A stretch of 64,000 nt of DNA from Dendrobates tinctorius (Eukaryota). Under the pieces are notes generated by a model. It was not told the origin of the DNA. It saw nothing but the letters and a program-made list of their open reading frames with translations, and made no database searches. The position numbers were made by a program, and so were the translations under genes. The stretch covers positions 6,138,001 through 6,202,000 of the forward strand of contig NW_027361724.1 in NCBI RefSeq assembly GCF_039654945.1, in the 5' to 3' direction. Numbering within the stretch: the stretch's first letter is position 1; each line of letters opens with the position of its first letter. Below are positions 61,586 to 64,000 of this stretch, in pieces.

Positions 61586-62468
61586 ATTGTACCACAACCA
61601 TACAACCACAATAACCTGTACACTCCATTGAGGTGGCCTTTATGGAAGAGTAGACAAAAAAAAGACTTTACTAACACACACAAATTGTAAGGCTCGTTTT
61701 GAGATTGCCAAAAATGTTTGAAGGAAGGTGCTGTGGTCAGATGAGACCAAAATGGAACTTTTAGGCCACCAAAGTGTAATCACTATGTCTGGCACCAAAC
61801 CAACACAGCTCATCACCCCAAGAACACCATTCCCACAGTGAAACATGGTGGCAACATCATGCTGTAGGTATGTTTTTCGTCAGCAGAGACAGGGAAAATG
61901 GTCTGAGTAGAGGGGAAGATGGATGGTGCAAAATACAGTGGTATGCTTGAGCAAAACCTGTTTGTCGATTACTGATTTGATACTAGGATGGAGGTTCATC
62001 TTCCAACAAGACAGTGACCCAAAGCATACTGCTAAAGCAACACTCAAGTGGTTTAAGGGGAAACATGTAAACATTTTGGAGTGGCTTAGTCAAAGCCCAG
62101 ACCTTATTCCAATTGAGAATCTGCGGTCAGACTTGAACATTGCTGTTCAGCAGTGGAAGCCATCTAACTTTGAAGGTGCTGTAGCAGTTTTGTCTTGAGG
62201 AATGGCCAAAAATCCCAGTGGAAAGCTAATGGAGACATATGCAAAGTGACTTTCAGATGTAATTGCTGCAAAAGGAGGCTCTACAAAGTACTGACTTTAG
62301 GGGTGAATAGTTTTGAACACTGAAGTTTTCAGTAATTTTGTGATATTTGTTGTTTGCTTCACTATAAAAAGAAAACAAAATGTTCACAATTGTAGGCATG
62401 TTCGTTACACGAACTGTTACAAATCCTCAAAACAGTAATAATAAAAAAATAACTTTCGCAAGCCACTG
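61108..62468 (+). mobile_element. Decayed DD34E Tc1 transposon
   Basis: Ends CAATGGCTTGCGAAAGT and ACTTTCGCAAGCCACTG-TA. Remnants [15 protein letters not shown] and FIFQQDSDPKH..WLSQSPDLIPIENL (34 spacing), with several stops and frameshifts. Confidence 0.85.
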
Positions 62469-63532
62469 TAGATGGGAGCAGAGAAGCACCCAGACAGGAC
62501 TCAAGAAGGGGGGCCACACCTCTGTATGTACAAAGTACAAGAAACTACAGCAAAACTTAAAGAAATTAGCATTTTTCTTGGGTGTTGTCTGTGAAATGGC
62601 TACAGTGTGCTCATACACATTGCATGTATACCGTCTTATGCTCTGGCTCACTTCTGTGGTTAACCTATCTAACAGTGATCTATGTGCAAGTCTTTAGTGG
62701 CGCCTTGCTATATGTTATACATCCGTGAACCTCAACGTGAAGCTTTTTGGATCTTGTGACATTGCAACTCTACAGCCTGCAGTTCTCATGGTTTGGCAAC
62801 AGTGCTATACATTAACAGGATCTCTGGAATTGTCTGATTATATCCTTGTGCCTGACAGATGTTATTAGCGTTTCCTTAATTTTCTGAATAAAAAAGCCCC
62901 TGAGGACAATCACAATTTTTATGTTCTGTAAGGATGTGGACATTATAGAAGTTTCCCCTTGATCTGTAATCCAGAACGGAGAGCAACCAACATACAGCAA
63001 TGAGTCTTATTATGATGGATTTGGGCTCTTAAATGGATTGTCGAGTAATAGAAAAGAAGAAATAAAGGAATTGTAAAAAAAACTACGTTGGTAAAATACC
63101 TGTAATTAGCAAATCAAAGTCATTTAGCCTTATTTATATGGGTAGGTGGGATCCTGCTGTAATTAAGATCGCCACGGGCTGGTGGGTGGAGTGCTGAGTC
63201 AGAGGGCTGATGTATACCGTAATTACAAGCCCAGACGTAACTTCCAAAACAGAACACTAGCCTGAACAGCTGCATACTAAGAGTAGTATGAATACACATT
63301 AGGATAGGTTCCCAGCATAAGAAGATCGCCTTGACGTTGGCTGCTGGGCATGCATGAATTGGCCAAATTATGTGCTAAAAATCTTGTTTTTCCTATTTTC
63401 TAGAGCCGTGATGCAATTCATATTTTGCATATTTCATGTTAACATCCTTTAGCTTAAAAAGAAAAAAATAGTGTAACTTTTATATATGGAGATGGCTACC
63501 CTTAGTATAGTTATCTAGGATGAAAAAAGACC

Positions 63533-64000
63533 TACCGTATTTTTCGGCCTATAAGAAGCACTTTTTCCTCCAAAAATGTGGAGGAAAATGGAGGGTGCAT
63601 CTTATAGTCCGGATGTACTGGCTATGGTGGGGAGGTAGGGGAGAGGTTTCGATGGAGCAGTGGGTCACAGAGGCTGGAGCCAGCTGCTGCGGGTAATGCC
63701 TGTGCCAGCTGCTAAAAAGAAATGAATATTCACTGCATTCCACACGTGGAGGGCAATGAATATTCATTTCCTTTCAATGTCATCCGGTATGATTGTCCGC
63801 CATCCTTTTCTTATCCTGGTATGCATGGCCCCATCAGAAAACATTAAAAAAACAAACCATTACACTTACCTTCCCTGCATGCCATCGCAGCGTCCTGCTC
63901 CAGTGCCAGCAGCTGCTTAATGCTTGTAAGCAGCGCATAGCAGGGACATCATGTGCTGCTTGCAAATCGAAGGGCAGTTGCCGGAATACTCAATGTTCAG
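63533..64000 (+). mobile_element. 5' part of a TA-CCGTATTTTTTCG non-autonomous DNA transposon
   Basis: The terminal motif matches the end at 3628-3675 in the opposite orientation; it runs toward the window edge. Confidence 0.5.

Overview
Eukaryotic, repeat-rich vertebrate genomic DNA; the repeat families suggest an anuran amphibian (inference). Most ORFs in the supplied track are artefacts of tandem repeats. Two spliced genes can be rebuilt by hand from GT-AG junctions with consistent phases. (1) PLEKHA3/FAPP1 lies on the + strand with 8 coding exons (29873-52568, 299 aa). (2) A divergent MAST-family kinase-like gene lies on the - strand with 24 predicted coding exons (23556-8639, about 881 aa, no stop or frameshift seen). 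It has HRN in place of the catalytic HRD and lacks the PDZ tail. It also carries six tandem copies of a frame-preserving two-exon acidic/Pro-rich cassette. PLEKHA3 intron 1 holds a nested insertion: a minisatellite is split by a full-length Ngaro-type tyrosine-recombinase retrotransposon (split direct repeats, gag, RT/RNase H, YR and an intact SGNH hydrolase preceded by a splice acceptor). That element in turn contains an intact DD36E (Incomer-type) Tc1 transposon next to a 138-nt assembly gap. The rest is minisatellites, MITEs, decayed Tc1/mariner copies, LINE tails, a solo LTR and a degenerate Penelope-type hammerhead motif.
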